From positions 2,100,001 through 2,132,000 of the forward strand of contig NC_020304.1 of NCBI RefSeq assembly GCF_000341395.1: 32,000 bases of DNA, in the 5' to 3' direction. The notes below the pieces were generated by a model. That model was not told where the DNA came from. It did not search any database and saw only the letters and a list, made by a program, of their open reading frames with translations. Position 1 is the first letter of the stretch. Each line of letters opens with the position of its first letter. A program made the position numbers and the translations under genes. Of this stretch, positions 1 to 9,154 are shown in pieces. The DNA is from Desulfocapsa sulfexigens DSM 10523. GTDB lineage: Bacteria; Desulfobacterota; Desulfobulbia; Desulfobulbales; Desulfocapsaceae.

Positions 1-899
1 AAAGAGATTTGGCGCGAAGTCAAAAATGCGAATCCGATAAATGCTGGATAGAGATAAATTTTCAGTTTATGGAATCCTGAGAACAGCCCTTCCTTCGGAA
101 AGTAAGGGCCTGCAAGGACAAGTGTCGAGAGTTGGGGGACCGATGGGTAATAAAAATGTAATCCGTTCAATAAGTGGAGAAAAACCGGAACAAGAAGGCC
201 GGCCAGGAGAAAATGGTTTCCAAAAAACCTTCCTATTCTTCCTTCGTCGAGTGAGCTGCAGAGCATTTCAGGGACACGCAGCAGGGGAAAGTTGATGCGT
301 TCGTTGTGGATCCACTGGCGGGAAAGAATATTGATGATAAAGAGCATAAAACCGTATGATAGCAGGATGAAGCTTCCCCAGAGCAGCAGAGGGCTGAGCC
401 ATGCCTGCCATGGGATAGTTGAGGCCACCTCAAGCCAGCTCATGCTCCGTCCTCCGGGAATTCCTGTATAGAGCATTTCAATGGCCCGTGGATCCGTGGG
501 GCTGATTCCCTGGGGCAGGAGAGAGCAAAGGGTTTCCTGCCATTGATTCTCAACGGTGGCGTAATGAATGGGTGCTGTCAGGTTGAGGAGAAGAGTCCTG
601 GCCATTCCGGTATATGCAATCCCTGATCCAATGACCATCTCAATCCAGATGATAAGAAGCTCACCGCCAGTGAAGATAAGTGACTTGCTGCGAAGGATCT
701 TTGCTGTTATCGCAGTCAGGATAACAAGGAGAATGAAAATGAAAAAAGGGGCCAGGGGAAAATGACCGCCACCAAGGGGAGTGGCTTGCTGGTACACATT
801 GTTAAACGGTGTGAGGAGGCAGATGGCAGTAGCCAGAATCATACCGACTATAATGGAACGGAACCGAATGGCAGAGGCAGTTTTTGTATGTTCAGGCAT
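1..899 (-). CDS. DUF6785-like polytopic membrane protein, partial (C-terminus beyond left edge)
   Basis: Manual minus-strand translation from ATG at 897-899 is open to base 1: MPEHTKTASAIRFRSIIVGMILATAICLLTPFNNVYQQATPLGGGHFPLAPFFIFILLVILTAITAKILRSKSLIFTGGELLIIWIEMVIGSGIAYTGMARTLLLNLTAPIHYATVENQWQ... Multiple hydrophobic segments; layout recalled as DUF6785/6784 family. Overlaps the upstream stop codon (892-894). Confidence 0.8.
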   Translation of the reverse strand, partial: MPEHTKTASAIRFRSIIVGMILATAICLLTPFNNVYQQATPLGGGHFPLAPFFIFILLVILTAITAKILRSKSLIFTGGELLIIWIEMVIGSGIAYTGMARTLLLNLTAPIHYATVENQWQETLCSLLPQGISPTDPRAIEMLYTGIPGGRSMSWLEVASTIPWQAWLSPLLLWGSFILLSYGFMLFIINILSRQWIHNERINFPLLRVPEMLCSSLDEGRIGRFFGNHFLLAGLLVPVFLHLLNGLHFYYPSVPQLSTLVLAGPYFPKEGLFSGFHKLKIYLYPAFIGFAFLTSRQIS

Positions 900-3800
900 C
901 TGCTCTCTCCTTTGCGTTCTGGCTTTCTGTGACTATCTCTTTGAACTGTCCAGCAAAATGGTTGTGGCTTGCCTCGTCAAGGGATCTCCAGACCAGAAGC
1001 TGTTTCCGAAGGTCGTGAAGAAATGAGGTGTTGATTCTTTCCCACACGGATTCTTCACCCGAACGGCGCTCAATGGTGACCTTGATTTCAAGATAGTTTG
1101 GGTTGTCTTCCACAGGGGAGAACTGAATGTCGACCCATTGCATAATGCCGAAGTCAAATGGGGCGAGCCATACCTTTGAGCGAATATAGGTGCAGTACAA
1201 GGTGTGTGGTTGTTCTGTGTTTTCTATGAGAGATCTCATCTCTTCAATATTGCAGCAACTGGATACCAGATTCACAGGACCGGTGGAGAAGAGTCCGTGG
1301 GAAACCTCCTGATGGGAGGTGAAGTAACCGAATATAAATCCGCCAATTGAATCGTGCTCATCATATTTCATGAAAAATGGAAGAGTGATGGTGATGCGAT
1401 TATCAACAGCCCGAGGCAGACTGAAGTTGGCGTTCACGTCGGGGATGGCTATTTTAGCAGCCACCCGAGAGGGGTAGATAACCGAGAGAAGAACCACCCC
1501 GATAACAAGCAGCATGGCTGCAACTCCTGCCATAGAAGAGTAATTCACGGTGAGCCCGGCCCAGAGGCTGGTCTCGGCGAAGAGATAGGCAGAAACCTGG
1601 GCCAGGAGATAGCCGAGTACAACGGATATTACTGCAAGTGCAAGAGCCTCGGCGATAAAAAGAAAAGAAACATGCGACGGGGCAAGGCCAACCGAAGTGT
1701 AGACTGCGATCTCATTCTTTCGTTCATAGACCGAGCTGATCATGGTGTTCAGTACAATGAAAATGGAGATAAGAAGCGGAATGATAATATTGGGCACACC
1801 GCTGTACTGTATGGAGTCACTCTGGTTGTAAAGCCATACCCCATCCGTCTCTCCGGCAAAAATGGCCATGGAAAATCTATCGACAAGTCCTTCTGCTGTT
1901 TCACTTATGGATGTCCCGCCGCTTGGCAGTACTGCAAGATTTTTGAGTTTGCCGCCAAGGGTGAGCAGGGTTGAGGCTGGTATGATTGCAACCTGAGATG
2001 CGGGGATATGATGGTATCTGCTCTGGAAGGAGCGGATATCTTCTCCCGATTCAATGGCTTCCTGTTCTTCTTCGCTGATTTCAGAGCCCGATTCTTCGGG
2101 AAAGGTGACAGGAGTCAGAGGTTCTCCATCGAGATCCAGTGCCTTGTCAAAGAGTGCGCCATTAAAAGTTCCGATGACAGTAAAAGTGTATCCCCACAAC
2201 TTTACTGTTCCGGTACCATCCGTTTTGACTTGAAGGGCGCGTGCCATGTCCTGATCAAGGAGGATGGTTGTACGGTCGTCGCTTGTAAACCATCTTCCGT
2301 CTGTTAACAGTTTGTCAAGTCCGGTTATTTCGGCTTCAGAAGGAGAGAGTCCTATCAGGCCCTGAAGTTCTGCACTGCTCTTTCCATGCTGAAGGGGTAC
2401 ATGTACCGCCTGGGTGGGATCCTGAGCTTCGAGCCAGATCCGGGGAGCGATCCCCTGTGCATCCTTGAAGCCGTCTACCAGACCGGCAACCGCTTCAACT
2501 GGAAGAGAGCGCCAGTCCACACGTTTTAAAAGCAGCCCCCGATAGGGAGCGTTATCGTTGAATAAAAGTCTGCTCTGTCGTTCTCCCGATTTTACAGTGG
2601 TAAAACTCATGATAGTAAAGGTGAGAATTATCAGGGTCAGACAGGTCAGCATTGTCCGAATACGTCTGCGTCTGAGATTGGATACCCCAAGGAAAAAAGC
2701 TGCAGTAAAGGCCTTCCAGTGACTGATCTCGGATGGCCGTTTGTGGTTGGCACGCCGTTGTAGAAGAATCATTTCTTCTTCGAACCTGAAAAAGATGATG
2801 AGACTTACCATCAGTGACAAACCGAGGATAAAGAAAGCGAGGATAATTACAGTTGGACTGTATGCAAGTTGGAATGCCGGGTGGACCTGATAAATAATGG
2901 TAATCAGCGTGAGGAGGATGACACAGAAAGCGATGATCCTCTTGTATATATTCGCATAATTAAAGAGAAACCTTTCCATACAGAAGGCAAAAGGAACAAA
3001 GAGTGCGATATAAAAAAGGACGCCAAAGAGTACATCCTTTTGGGTCTTTTCAACCTGGACATAGACACGGTTGGCAAGTGCCATGGACTCGGATGCTGCA
3101 CTGCTGAAGGTGTGGTAGTCAAATGTTCTGAGGCTGTTTTCCGCCTTTGTCAATGCAGTGAGTCCGCGCTCTTCAAGCTGACTGATCTTGTTATCAAAAA
3201 TACCATGCTTTTCAAGGTTCTTGATGCGTGGCGAGAGAAGAGTCCAGACATCGGAAGCGGCTCGAAATACGGTGTTGTCAATGGTGCTGAATTGATCCAC
3301 CGGATAGCCAAAGCCCATTGGTTCTTCAAAACTGCCGTTGGTGAGGATCATTTTACGTGTCAGCACATTATCCGAGAGGATGGCCTTGAGCCAGGTTCCC
3401 GGTTCTGTGTAGATGGAGGCCATGGTGGAGCTGCGGGTGTCGATTCTGCTGTACCAGTAATGGGCAGGCGGGGCGTCACGTCGACCATCGAGCAGTTCGA
3501 TTTTGGTGAGATAGTTAAAATTACGCGGCTCCAGAAGGCCAAAAATAGTGGTTTCTTTGCAGCTGAAGAGTATGAGGTCGGTTTTAATTTCGCTTCTGCG
3601 GATCTTGAGACGGTAATTGTTTTTTCCGGTGGCTTTTTTGTCAATAGCCCAGAGAACCTCTCCACTGTTTTTATCGAAGCGGTAGCCTTCAATAATGAGC
3701 TTATCAAGGACGTGTTTTTTGTCGGCAATGCCCTTGAGCTGGAAGGTTCCGGAGGAATCCACCATGGTATAATGTTTTTGGGTTCCCTGGTAGGCAAGCA

Positions 3801-5712
3801 GCACTGTCTTCGCGGCCGGATAATCGGCAAAAAGCTCCCCCTGGAGAAGAAGATTTGCCCTGCCGGATACCGTTGCAAATCCATTTAATGGAAGCTTTCC
3901 GGATTGGAGAGGCGCAGACCCTGCCATGGCCTCAACCATGTCAGCAATCAACAGGGCTTGATTTTCAAGTGCCTCCCAGTTGATCTTTGCAGGCGTGTCC
4001 CAGGGAGTACCCCATAATGCTCTGGAGTCTCCGGTGCTCACCAGGCTGATGCCCAGGAATCCGGCGAGTGAGGCAACCTCACCGCCAAGAGCCGGTTTGT
4101 CAAGAAACCAGGAATCCCAGGAGCGAAGTCGGCTGGGACGAAGAGTGTTGACATAGGGGGTAGTGCTGTGGCTTCTGGCAGCAGTTGCATCAAGGAGATC
4201 GGCTATGACCGAGAATACCCCTGTTCGATTGACTCTGGCTTTCAGGTTATAGAGAAAACCCTGATGAAAAGTACCCAGGCCATTACCATGACTTGAGAGG
4301 TGCAGTGAGACAAATGCTGCTATTTCATAGTCAGATAACAGGGTTCTGAAGGCATAGGCACTCAGGAGGCAGGATCTGCGGGTCTGGAGTTCCTCTTTTC
4401 GCTCTTCCATGATTGCGATGGCTGCCGGAATGGCCTTTTGGAAGAGCTCAGCTTCTTCTTGTCCCATATCGTGAAAACTGTTGCGCCAGGTCAGGCGACG
4501 AAAAAGGAGACGCTTTTTTGAAAGTGTTTTTATTATTTTTTTCGTTTCAGGAGTACTTTCATTCTTCAATCGAAGGGTGTTGAGTTCTCGGGAAATTGCA
4601 TCAACGGAAAGTTTAAGATGATCTTCAATGGAAAGGCTGATGATCGCATCCCGTTCGTCATCCTCTGCCAGTGGCAGAGTCAGATCCAGATCCTTGAGGG
4701 TTTTCAGGTAGGTCTTTGTGGCTGCAAGTTCTGTCTTGAGCTGTTTTTTCTGGGTTCGGAGAATTTTTGACTTTGAGCTGATACTCCAGATAAGTTCGCG
4801 CATTCCCGCCAATGCTTCATTATGCCCACTGGTGGCAACAAGCAGTACTGATCGAGCCGGAGGACTTTTTTTTAGCCGTTGTGCAGTTTGCAGCAGGGTG
4901 GCAATGGAGCTGGCCTCATCTGCTCCGGGTGCCCTTCCGGCAACGTATCCAGAGCTGTCATAAAAACCATCGATTACCAGAAGTTGATTTTTCAGTTCGG
5001 GATCAGAACCGGGAATCAGGCCATAGATTGTTTCGGATACAGTATCCTCCCAATACGCCTCGGCTGTCACCATGGCAGTTGTCGCAATGAGACCTGGGGT
5101 ATCAAAAGAAAAATTATCAAAATAACTTTTGATATCAGTAAGTTCAATCCAGAAGCATGGAAGTTGAATGGGGGTGAGTTCTTCCTTTTCGGTGAACAGA
5201 TATTTGGAGGTTTGAGGTGACGAGTTCAGATATATAATGGCTTGCGCTCCAAGCGATGCAAGCTGCTGCCAGTTCTGACCGGAATCAGCATCGAGGACAA
5301 TAATGGCATCTTTGATCTGCATCCCCTGGATGTCGGACCAGTTTCCTGCACCAACATAGTAGAGCGGGCCACTCACAGAGCCGTTGGTGGATTCAGGGGT
5401 AATGGCGTTGTAGCGAAGTGCATTCAAGCTGATTGTTTTTTTACCAATCTGCAAGTTTGCACCTTTTGTTGTACGAACAGGGATAAGGAAACGATAGGTT
5501 TCAGGTTCAATTTCCAGGGCTTGAAACTGTTCTTTTATGAAGTCAGCTGCCGTTTTGAGCCCCGTACTTCCGGTTGTTCTTTCTGCACCACTGCTCAGTT
5601 GGGTAATCTGGGCCTGTAAAGAGAGCAGTTCGGACGCAAAGGACGGGAAAATCCCATAGAGTGAAACAAGAAGAAAAGAGGCAAAACATATATGGAGTCG
5701 AAGAAAAGCCAT
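892..5712 (-). CDS. M28-peptidase-like domain fused to FtsX-like ABC transporter permease (1606 aa)
   Basis: N-terminal signal-like segment, M28-like region (LLVIDGFYDSSG...APGADEASSIATLLQTAQRL...VLLVATSGHNEALAGMREL...WGTPWDTPAKI), then FtsX-type segments (GVSNLRRRRIRTMLTCLTLIILTFTIMSF...; IIIPLLISIFIVLNTMISSVYERKNEIAVYTSVGLAPSHVSFLFIAEALALAVISVVLGYLL). Confidence 0.85.
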   Translation of the reverse strand: MAFLRLHICFASFLLVSLYGIFPSFASELLSLQAQITQLSSGAERTTGSTGLKTAADFIKEQFQALEIEPETYRFLIPVRTTKGANLQIGKKTISLNALRYNAITPESTNGSVSGPLYYVGAGNWSDIQGMQIKDAIIVLDADSGQNWQQLASLGAQAIIYLNSSPQTSKYLFTEKEELTPIQLPCFWIELTDIKSYFDNFSFDTPGLIATTAMVTAEAYWEDTVSETIYGLIPGSDPELKNQLLVIDGFYDSSGYVAGRAPGADEASSIATLLQTAQRLKKSPPARSVLLVATSGHNEALAGMRELIWSISSKSKILRTQKKQLKTELAATKTYLKTLKDLDLTLPLAEDDERDAIISLSIEDHLKLSVDAISRELNTLRLKNESTPETKKIIKTLSKKRLLFRRLTWRNSFHDMGQEEAELFQKAIPAAIAIMEERKEELQTRRSCLLSAYAFRTLLSDYEIAAFVSLHLSSHGNGLGTFHQGFLYNLKARVNRTGVFSVIADLLDATAARSHSTTPYVNTLRPSRLRSWDSWFLDKPALGGEVASLAGFLGISLVSTGDSRALWGTPWDTPAKINWEALENQALLIADMVEAMAGSAPLQSGKLPLNGFATVSGRANLLLQGELFADYPAAKTVLLAYQGTQKHYTMVDSSGTFQLKGIADKKHVLDKLIIEGYRFDKNSGEVLWAIDKKATGKNNYRLKIRRSEIKTDLILFSCKETTIFGLLEPRNFNYLTKIELLDGRRDAPPAHYWYSRIDTRSSTMASIYTEPGTWLKAILSDNVLTRKMILTNGSFEEPMGFGYPVDQFSTIDNTVFRAASDVWTLLSPRIKNLEKHGIFDNKISQLEERGLTALTKAENSLRTFDYHTFSSAASESMALANRVYVQVEKTQKDVLFGVLFYIALFVPFAFCMERFLFNYANIYKRIIAFCVILLTLITIIYQVHPAFQLAYSPTVIILAFFILGLSLMVSLIIFFRFEEEMILLQRRANHKRPSEISHWKAFTAAFFLGVSNLRRRRIRTMLTCLTLIILTFTIMSFTTVKSGERQSRLLFNDNAPYRGLLLKRVDWRSLPVEAVAGLVDGFKDAQGIAPRIWLEAQDPTQAVHVPLQHGKSSAELQGLIGLSPSEAEITGLDKLLTDGRWFTSDDRTTILLDQDMARALQVKTDGTGTVKLWGYTFTVIGTFNGALFDKALDLDGEPLTPVTFPEESGSEISEEEQEAIESGEDIRSFQSRYHHIPASQVAIIPASTLLTLGGKLKNLAVLPSGGTSISETAEGLVDRFSMAIFAGETDGVWLYNQSDSIQYSGVPNIIIPLLISIFIVLNTMISSVYERKNEIAVYTSVGLAPSHVSFLFIAEALALAVISVVLGYLLAQVSAYLFAETSLWAGLTVNYSSMAGVAAMLLVIGVVLLSVIYPSRVAAKIAIPDVNANFSLPRAVDNRITITLPFFMKYDEHDSIGGFIFGYFTSHQEVSHGLFSTGPVNLVSSCCNIEEMRSLIENTEQPHTLYCTYIRSKVWLAPFDFGIMQWVDIQFSPVEDNPNYLEIKVTIERRSGEESVWERINTSFLHDLRKQLLVWRSLDEASHNHFAGQFKEIVTESQNAKERADA

Positions 5713-5717
5713 GGTGG

Positions 5718-6458
5718 TCAGCTGCTCATTCCTCCAGTGTTGATTTCAAGTTCATCGCGATCCTGGATTTTGTCCACCCGGCCATCACGAATCCAGATAA
5801 CCTGATCCGAGACATTGAGCATTTTATAGTCATGGGTGGCAGAGATTACCGTGACTCCCTGCTTGTCGCTCATCTCTTTTAAAAGTGAAATGATTTCCTC
5901 ACCAGTTTTAAGGTCCAGATTTCCTGTGGGTTCATCGGCTAAAATAATGGACGGGGTATTGGCAAGGGCCCTTGCCACTGCCACACGCTGCTGCTGACCA
6001 CCGGAGAGCTCGGCAGGTTTATGTCCGTGTCTGCCTTCAAGACCGACTTGGATCAGGAGTTCCATACCGCGCTGGGTGGCGGCTTCATTGGGGGTTCCGG
6101 CAAAGGTCATAGGGAGGGTGACATTTTCAAGGGCAGTCATTACTGGAATCAGGTTAAATGTTTGAAATATATATCCAATTTTACGACAGCGCAACCATGC
6201 AAGCTCATAGGCATCGAGTTGGGCAATATCCACTTCATCGATAAATACTTTGCCCTCTGTTGGTTTATCAAGCCCTCCAATCATATTGAAAAGGGTGGAT
6301 TTTCCAGAGCCGGATGGCCCCATGATGGAGACATACTTTCCGGTTTCTATCTCAAGATCGATCCCCTTCAGTACCTTGACTACTATTTTACCCAGGTCAA
6401 AATCTTTGGTGACATCTGTTACGCGAACTATCTGTTTTTTCGTCATTTGTTTGCTCAC
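5718..6458 (-). CDS. ABC transporter ATP-binding protein, LolD/MacB/FtsE-like
   Basis: Walker A GPSGSGKST, signature LSGGQQQRVAVARALA, Walker B IILADEPTGNLD, switch His in VISATHD. 4-bp overlap with the upstream permease gene. Confidence 0.97.
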   Translation of the reverse strand: MSKQMTKKQIVRVTDVTKDFDLGKIVVKVLKGIDLEIETGKYVSIMGPSGSGKSTLFNMIGGLDKPTEGKVFIDEVDIAQLDAYELAWLRCRKIGYIFQTFNLIPVMTALENVTLPMTFAGTPNEAATQRGMELLIQVGLEGRHGHKPAELSGGQQQRVAVARALANTPSIILADEPTGNLDLKTGEEIISLLKEMSDKQGVTVISATHDYKMLNVSDQVIWIRDGRVDKIQDRDELEINTGGMSS

Positions 6459-7105
6459 TGTTCAACCCGCATGGCTTCAACTGGCTGCATTCTGGCGGCT
6501 ATTATTGCCGGGTATAAGACCCCCAGTAAACTCAGGCCGATACCAGTGATGATGGCAAGAGCAGATGAGGAGAGAATAGTCTGCCAGGGGGAAAGGGATA
6601 TAATATCAGTTCCAAAACGGAGTAGTGCGCTCAAAAAAGCGATTGTCCCGCCAAGGATTGCGCCGATCAGCGATCCTGCCAGTCCCTGAATTGCAGCTTC
6701 CATAATGAAGATTCGCACAATAAACCTGTCGAGCGCGCCCAGGCATTTCATTGTTCCTATCTCACGAAAACGTTCAGTGACGGACATGAGTTGGGCATTG
6801 ATTATTCCTACGACACAGACAAGAAGAGAGAGGATGACTATCCAACGCTGTTTTGGAGAGGCGGAAAGGCTGGTATCGCCGGGGGTTATGTCGTAACCGC
6901 TTTGGATCAGGCTTTGCTGAAAATCTGGTCTGCCGCTTGCCAGCATTCCATCACCAATATCAAGAGTTATCTGACTGAAGGCAAGAAAGGAGACGGCAAG
7001 AACCAGGGTCAGGGTTGTAACCAGTGAACGAAAGAAACGTGCCCGGATCGACTTATAGGACATCAAAAATGATTGTTTCCATGGCAGTACTACCAAGTGT
7101 CTCAT
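6455..7105 (-). CDS. Short (216 aa) FtsX-like ABC transporter permease
   Basis: Hydrophobic segments and FtsX-like VTERFREIGTMKCLGALDRFIVRIFIMEAAIQGLAGSLIGAILGG; C-terminal YPAIIAARMQPVEAMRVE. Start may be the internal ATG at 7061-7063 (MSYKSIRARFFRSL). Confidence 0.88.
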   Translation of the reverse strand: MRHLVVLPWKQSFLMSYKSIRARFFRSLVTTLTLVLAVSFLAFSQITLDIGDGMLASGRPDFQQSLIQSGYDITPGDTSLSASPKQRWIVILSLLVCVVGIINAQLMSVTERFREIGTMKCLGALDRFIVRIFIMEAAIQGLAGSLIGAILGGTIAFLSALLRFGTDIISLSPWQTILSSSALAIITGIGLSLLGVLYPAIIAARMQPVEAMRVEQ

Positions 7106-7211
7106 TGCTTCTCTGATTGTTGGAGTTTTCGCAAATTGCAGGGCACACGATATATACTCAAGTGGTACTCATCACGAGCATATCGTTTTTGATGCCTTTT
7201 GGCAATCTTTC

Positions 7212-8000
7212 CTATATCAGTTCACGAAAGAGCAGTGGATGAATGGCAGGGAATGAGGTGATAGTTTTAAGAAACAGATCCAGAAACTCAAAAGCCGTTG
7301 TATCCATCCGTTGGTGATGAATCATGACTCCCCCTGTGCCGCTGCTGATGCCTCTTTCAAGTTCCTGAAGCAGAGTATTGAATGAAATCTCAGGTTCAAC
7401 TTCTTTTCTGGTGTGAAGATCAATGTTGACCTGTAAATCGGGGAGACCGTGTGGGCAAACCGGTTTTGCACCTATGCTTCTTGAAACAGCTTTGAATCCC
7501 AGGTGCTGTAATCCCTTTAGGGTGTCAAGGCTGCAACGGTTCCATGGCGGGGTGAAAAATGGTGAAAAATTGTCTTCCAGGAGGGTTTCGAGGCGATTTT
7601 TTCCGTTTTTCAGGTCTTCTATCTGCTCTGTTACGGATCTGGCTGGGCCGAACTCCTGTTTTTTTCCCTTCGTCTCATGGTTTCGATGGAGCCATCCATG
7701 CTGATGCCAGCACCACTGGGAACTATTGGTCTTCGTGAGGGACTGCAGGGTGATAAAGCGCGTAGCAGTGAGCCAGGTCGGAACCACTGCCAGACAAAGG
7801 GGTAATCTGTGTTTTATGAAAAGCTCTGCAAGGTGACTAAACTGTTTGCCCGGGACACCAATGTCATCGGCTCGAAAAAAAATCTTCGCCTCACCGCTTC
7901 CATGTGCAAGACCTTTTTCCAGGGCATTTTTCAGTAGCTGTTCCGTGTTGTCGGGAAGATTTGTGTAGAGAGCAGATATCATCTCGTTTTTTGGCTCCAT
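7212..8000 (-). CDS. Polysaccharide deacetylase-family protein
   Basis: NodB-like motifs: FRADDIGVPG, WCWHQHGWLHRNH, FTPPWNR, GGVMIHHQRMD. Start may be ATG at 7980-7982, which overlaps the upstream TGA (7979-7981) as ATGA. Confidence 0.8.
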   Translation of the reverse strand: MEPKNEMISALYTNLPDNTEQLLKNALEKGLAHGSGEAKIFFRADDIGVPGKQFSHLAELFIKHRLPLCLAVVPTWLTATRFITLQSLTKTNSSQWCWHQHGWLHRNHETKGKKQEFGPARSVTEQIEDLKNGKNRLETLLEDNFSPFFTPPWNRCSLDTLKGLQHLGFKAVSRSIGAKPVCPHGLPDLQVNIDLHTRKEVEPEISFNTLLQELERGISSGTGGVMIHHQRMDTTAFEFLDLFLKTITSFPAIHPLLFRELI

Positions 8001-9154
8001 AGTTTAGGGTCACTTATCAGTTTACAGCTCAGCATGGCGCCGTTGAGTTGGGCCTGGCTTGTCTTTTTGTTGAACCGAAGCTGGGCCGTGATTTTTTCAG
8101 CCAAATGCCGCGGTTCCAGATCTTCTGATTCCAGCAGCATGAAGTCAGATGTCCTGGAGAAGGCAGAAATTCGCATGCGCTGTTCACGATTCTGAGCAAA
8201 GGGATAGAGAAGTGCTGGAATCCCGGCAGCAAGAAGGTTCATGCAGGTGTTATACCCTGCCATGGAGATAGAAATATCCGCAGCTTCAAGCCAGTCAGGA
8301 AAATTAGAGCAGAAACTGTGTACTGTGATATTTGAGGCAGGTACTGCTTTCAGCCCTTCCTGCAAGCCCGGGGCACTGTATATGCCAGTAAAGAGATGAA
8401 TATGGATGGTATTTGTCTTCTGCTCCAGAAGAAGAGCGGCCTGGGCAGTTGCGTACAGGAGTTCAGCTCCCACATTCCCGCCACCTATGGAGGCGACAAC
8501 CAGCTTGTCTTCAGCAGATAAACCGAGATCCTGCCGTAGCATGCTTCCTGCTTTCTGTCTTGTCATAGTTGGAGCAATAAATCCAGTATATCTGTATGGA
8601 ATTGTGATGGAATCCATACTTCCGAATGTATTCTGTAGCGGAATAAAATCAGGGTCGGAGTGGATCAGCAGGCCGTCAAAAGAACTGTTTAGTTTTTGTA
8701 AAACCCTGGCCTCAAATTTGTGTTTATCTGTTTTCTCAACAAGAATATCCCGAAGACTGCAGAGGCGGAGACAGGGGGGCAATGTTCTTGATCCAATGTC
8801 ATCCAGAATTGGATCAAGTTCAAAGCGAAAGGCTTTTCTCCCGAAGGGATAGAGTTCAATTAAAAAGATGTCTGGCTGAAAGGAGGTAAAGAAATCAAAA
8901 AGCTGCTTTCTACGATTCTCTTTAACCTGCTTAAGATCAGCACCTTCCGCACAGGGAAGGAGCTCCGAAAACTCTGCATCCATTTTCAGGCCCGGAAGCT
9001 GCAAAAAATGGACGGCAGATTCAGGCAGATTGACATCGGGGCCGCCAAGTATCATTACCGTTTCGTGCCGTTCTGCCAGTGCTTCACATATTGCAAGGCT
9101 GCGGTGAAAATGCCCAATACCGAGGACGTGTTGGCAGTAGCAGGCGATCTTCAT
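7979..9154 (-). CDS. COG4671/MurG-like predicted glycosyltransferase
   Basis: N-terminal YCQHVLGIGHFHRSLAICEAL and C-terminal ADISISMAGYNTCMNLLAAGIPALLYPFAQNREQRMR, typical GT-B layout. Confidence 0.8.
   Translation of the reverse strand: MKIACYCQHVLGIGHFHRSLAICEALAERHETVMILGGPDVNLPESAVHFLQLPGLKMDAEFSELLPCAEGADLKQVKENRRKQLFDFFTSFQPDIFLIELYPFGRKAFRFELDPILDDIGSRTLPPCLRLCSLRDILVEKTDKHKFEARVLQKLNSSFDGLLIHSDPDFIPLQNTFGSMDSITIPYRYTGFIAPTMTRQKAGSMLRQDLGLSAEDKLVVASIGGGNVGAELLYATAQAALLLEQKTNTIHIHLFTGIYSAPGLQEGLKAVPASNITVHSFCSNFPDWLEAADISISMAGYNTCMNLLAAGIPALLYPFAQNREQRMRISAFSRTSDFMLLESEDLEPRHLAEKITAQLRFNKKTSQAQLNGAMLSCKLISDPKLWSQKTR

Noticed and set aside
1354-1974. 206-aa plus-strand ORF
   Set aside because: Antisense to the FtsX portion of the 1606-aa gene; composition is not protein-like.
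2869-3888. 339-aa plus-strand ORF opposite the M28-FtsX gene
   Set aside because: Fully antisense to a well-supported CDS, low-complexity composition and no recognisable domain; read as a shadow ORF.
7106-7211. Short inverted repeats (CGATAT.../ATATCG) between the two minus-strand operons
   Set aside because: Stem is too short and spacing too large to call a terminator or operator with confidence.
8406-8852. 148-aa plus-strand ORF inside the glycosyltransferase gene
   Set aside because: Antisense overlap with a motif-supported CDS; no SD or family features.
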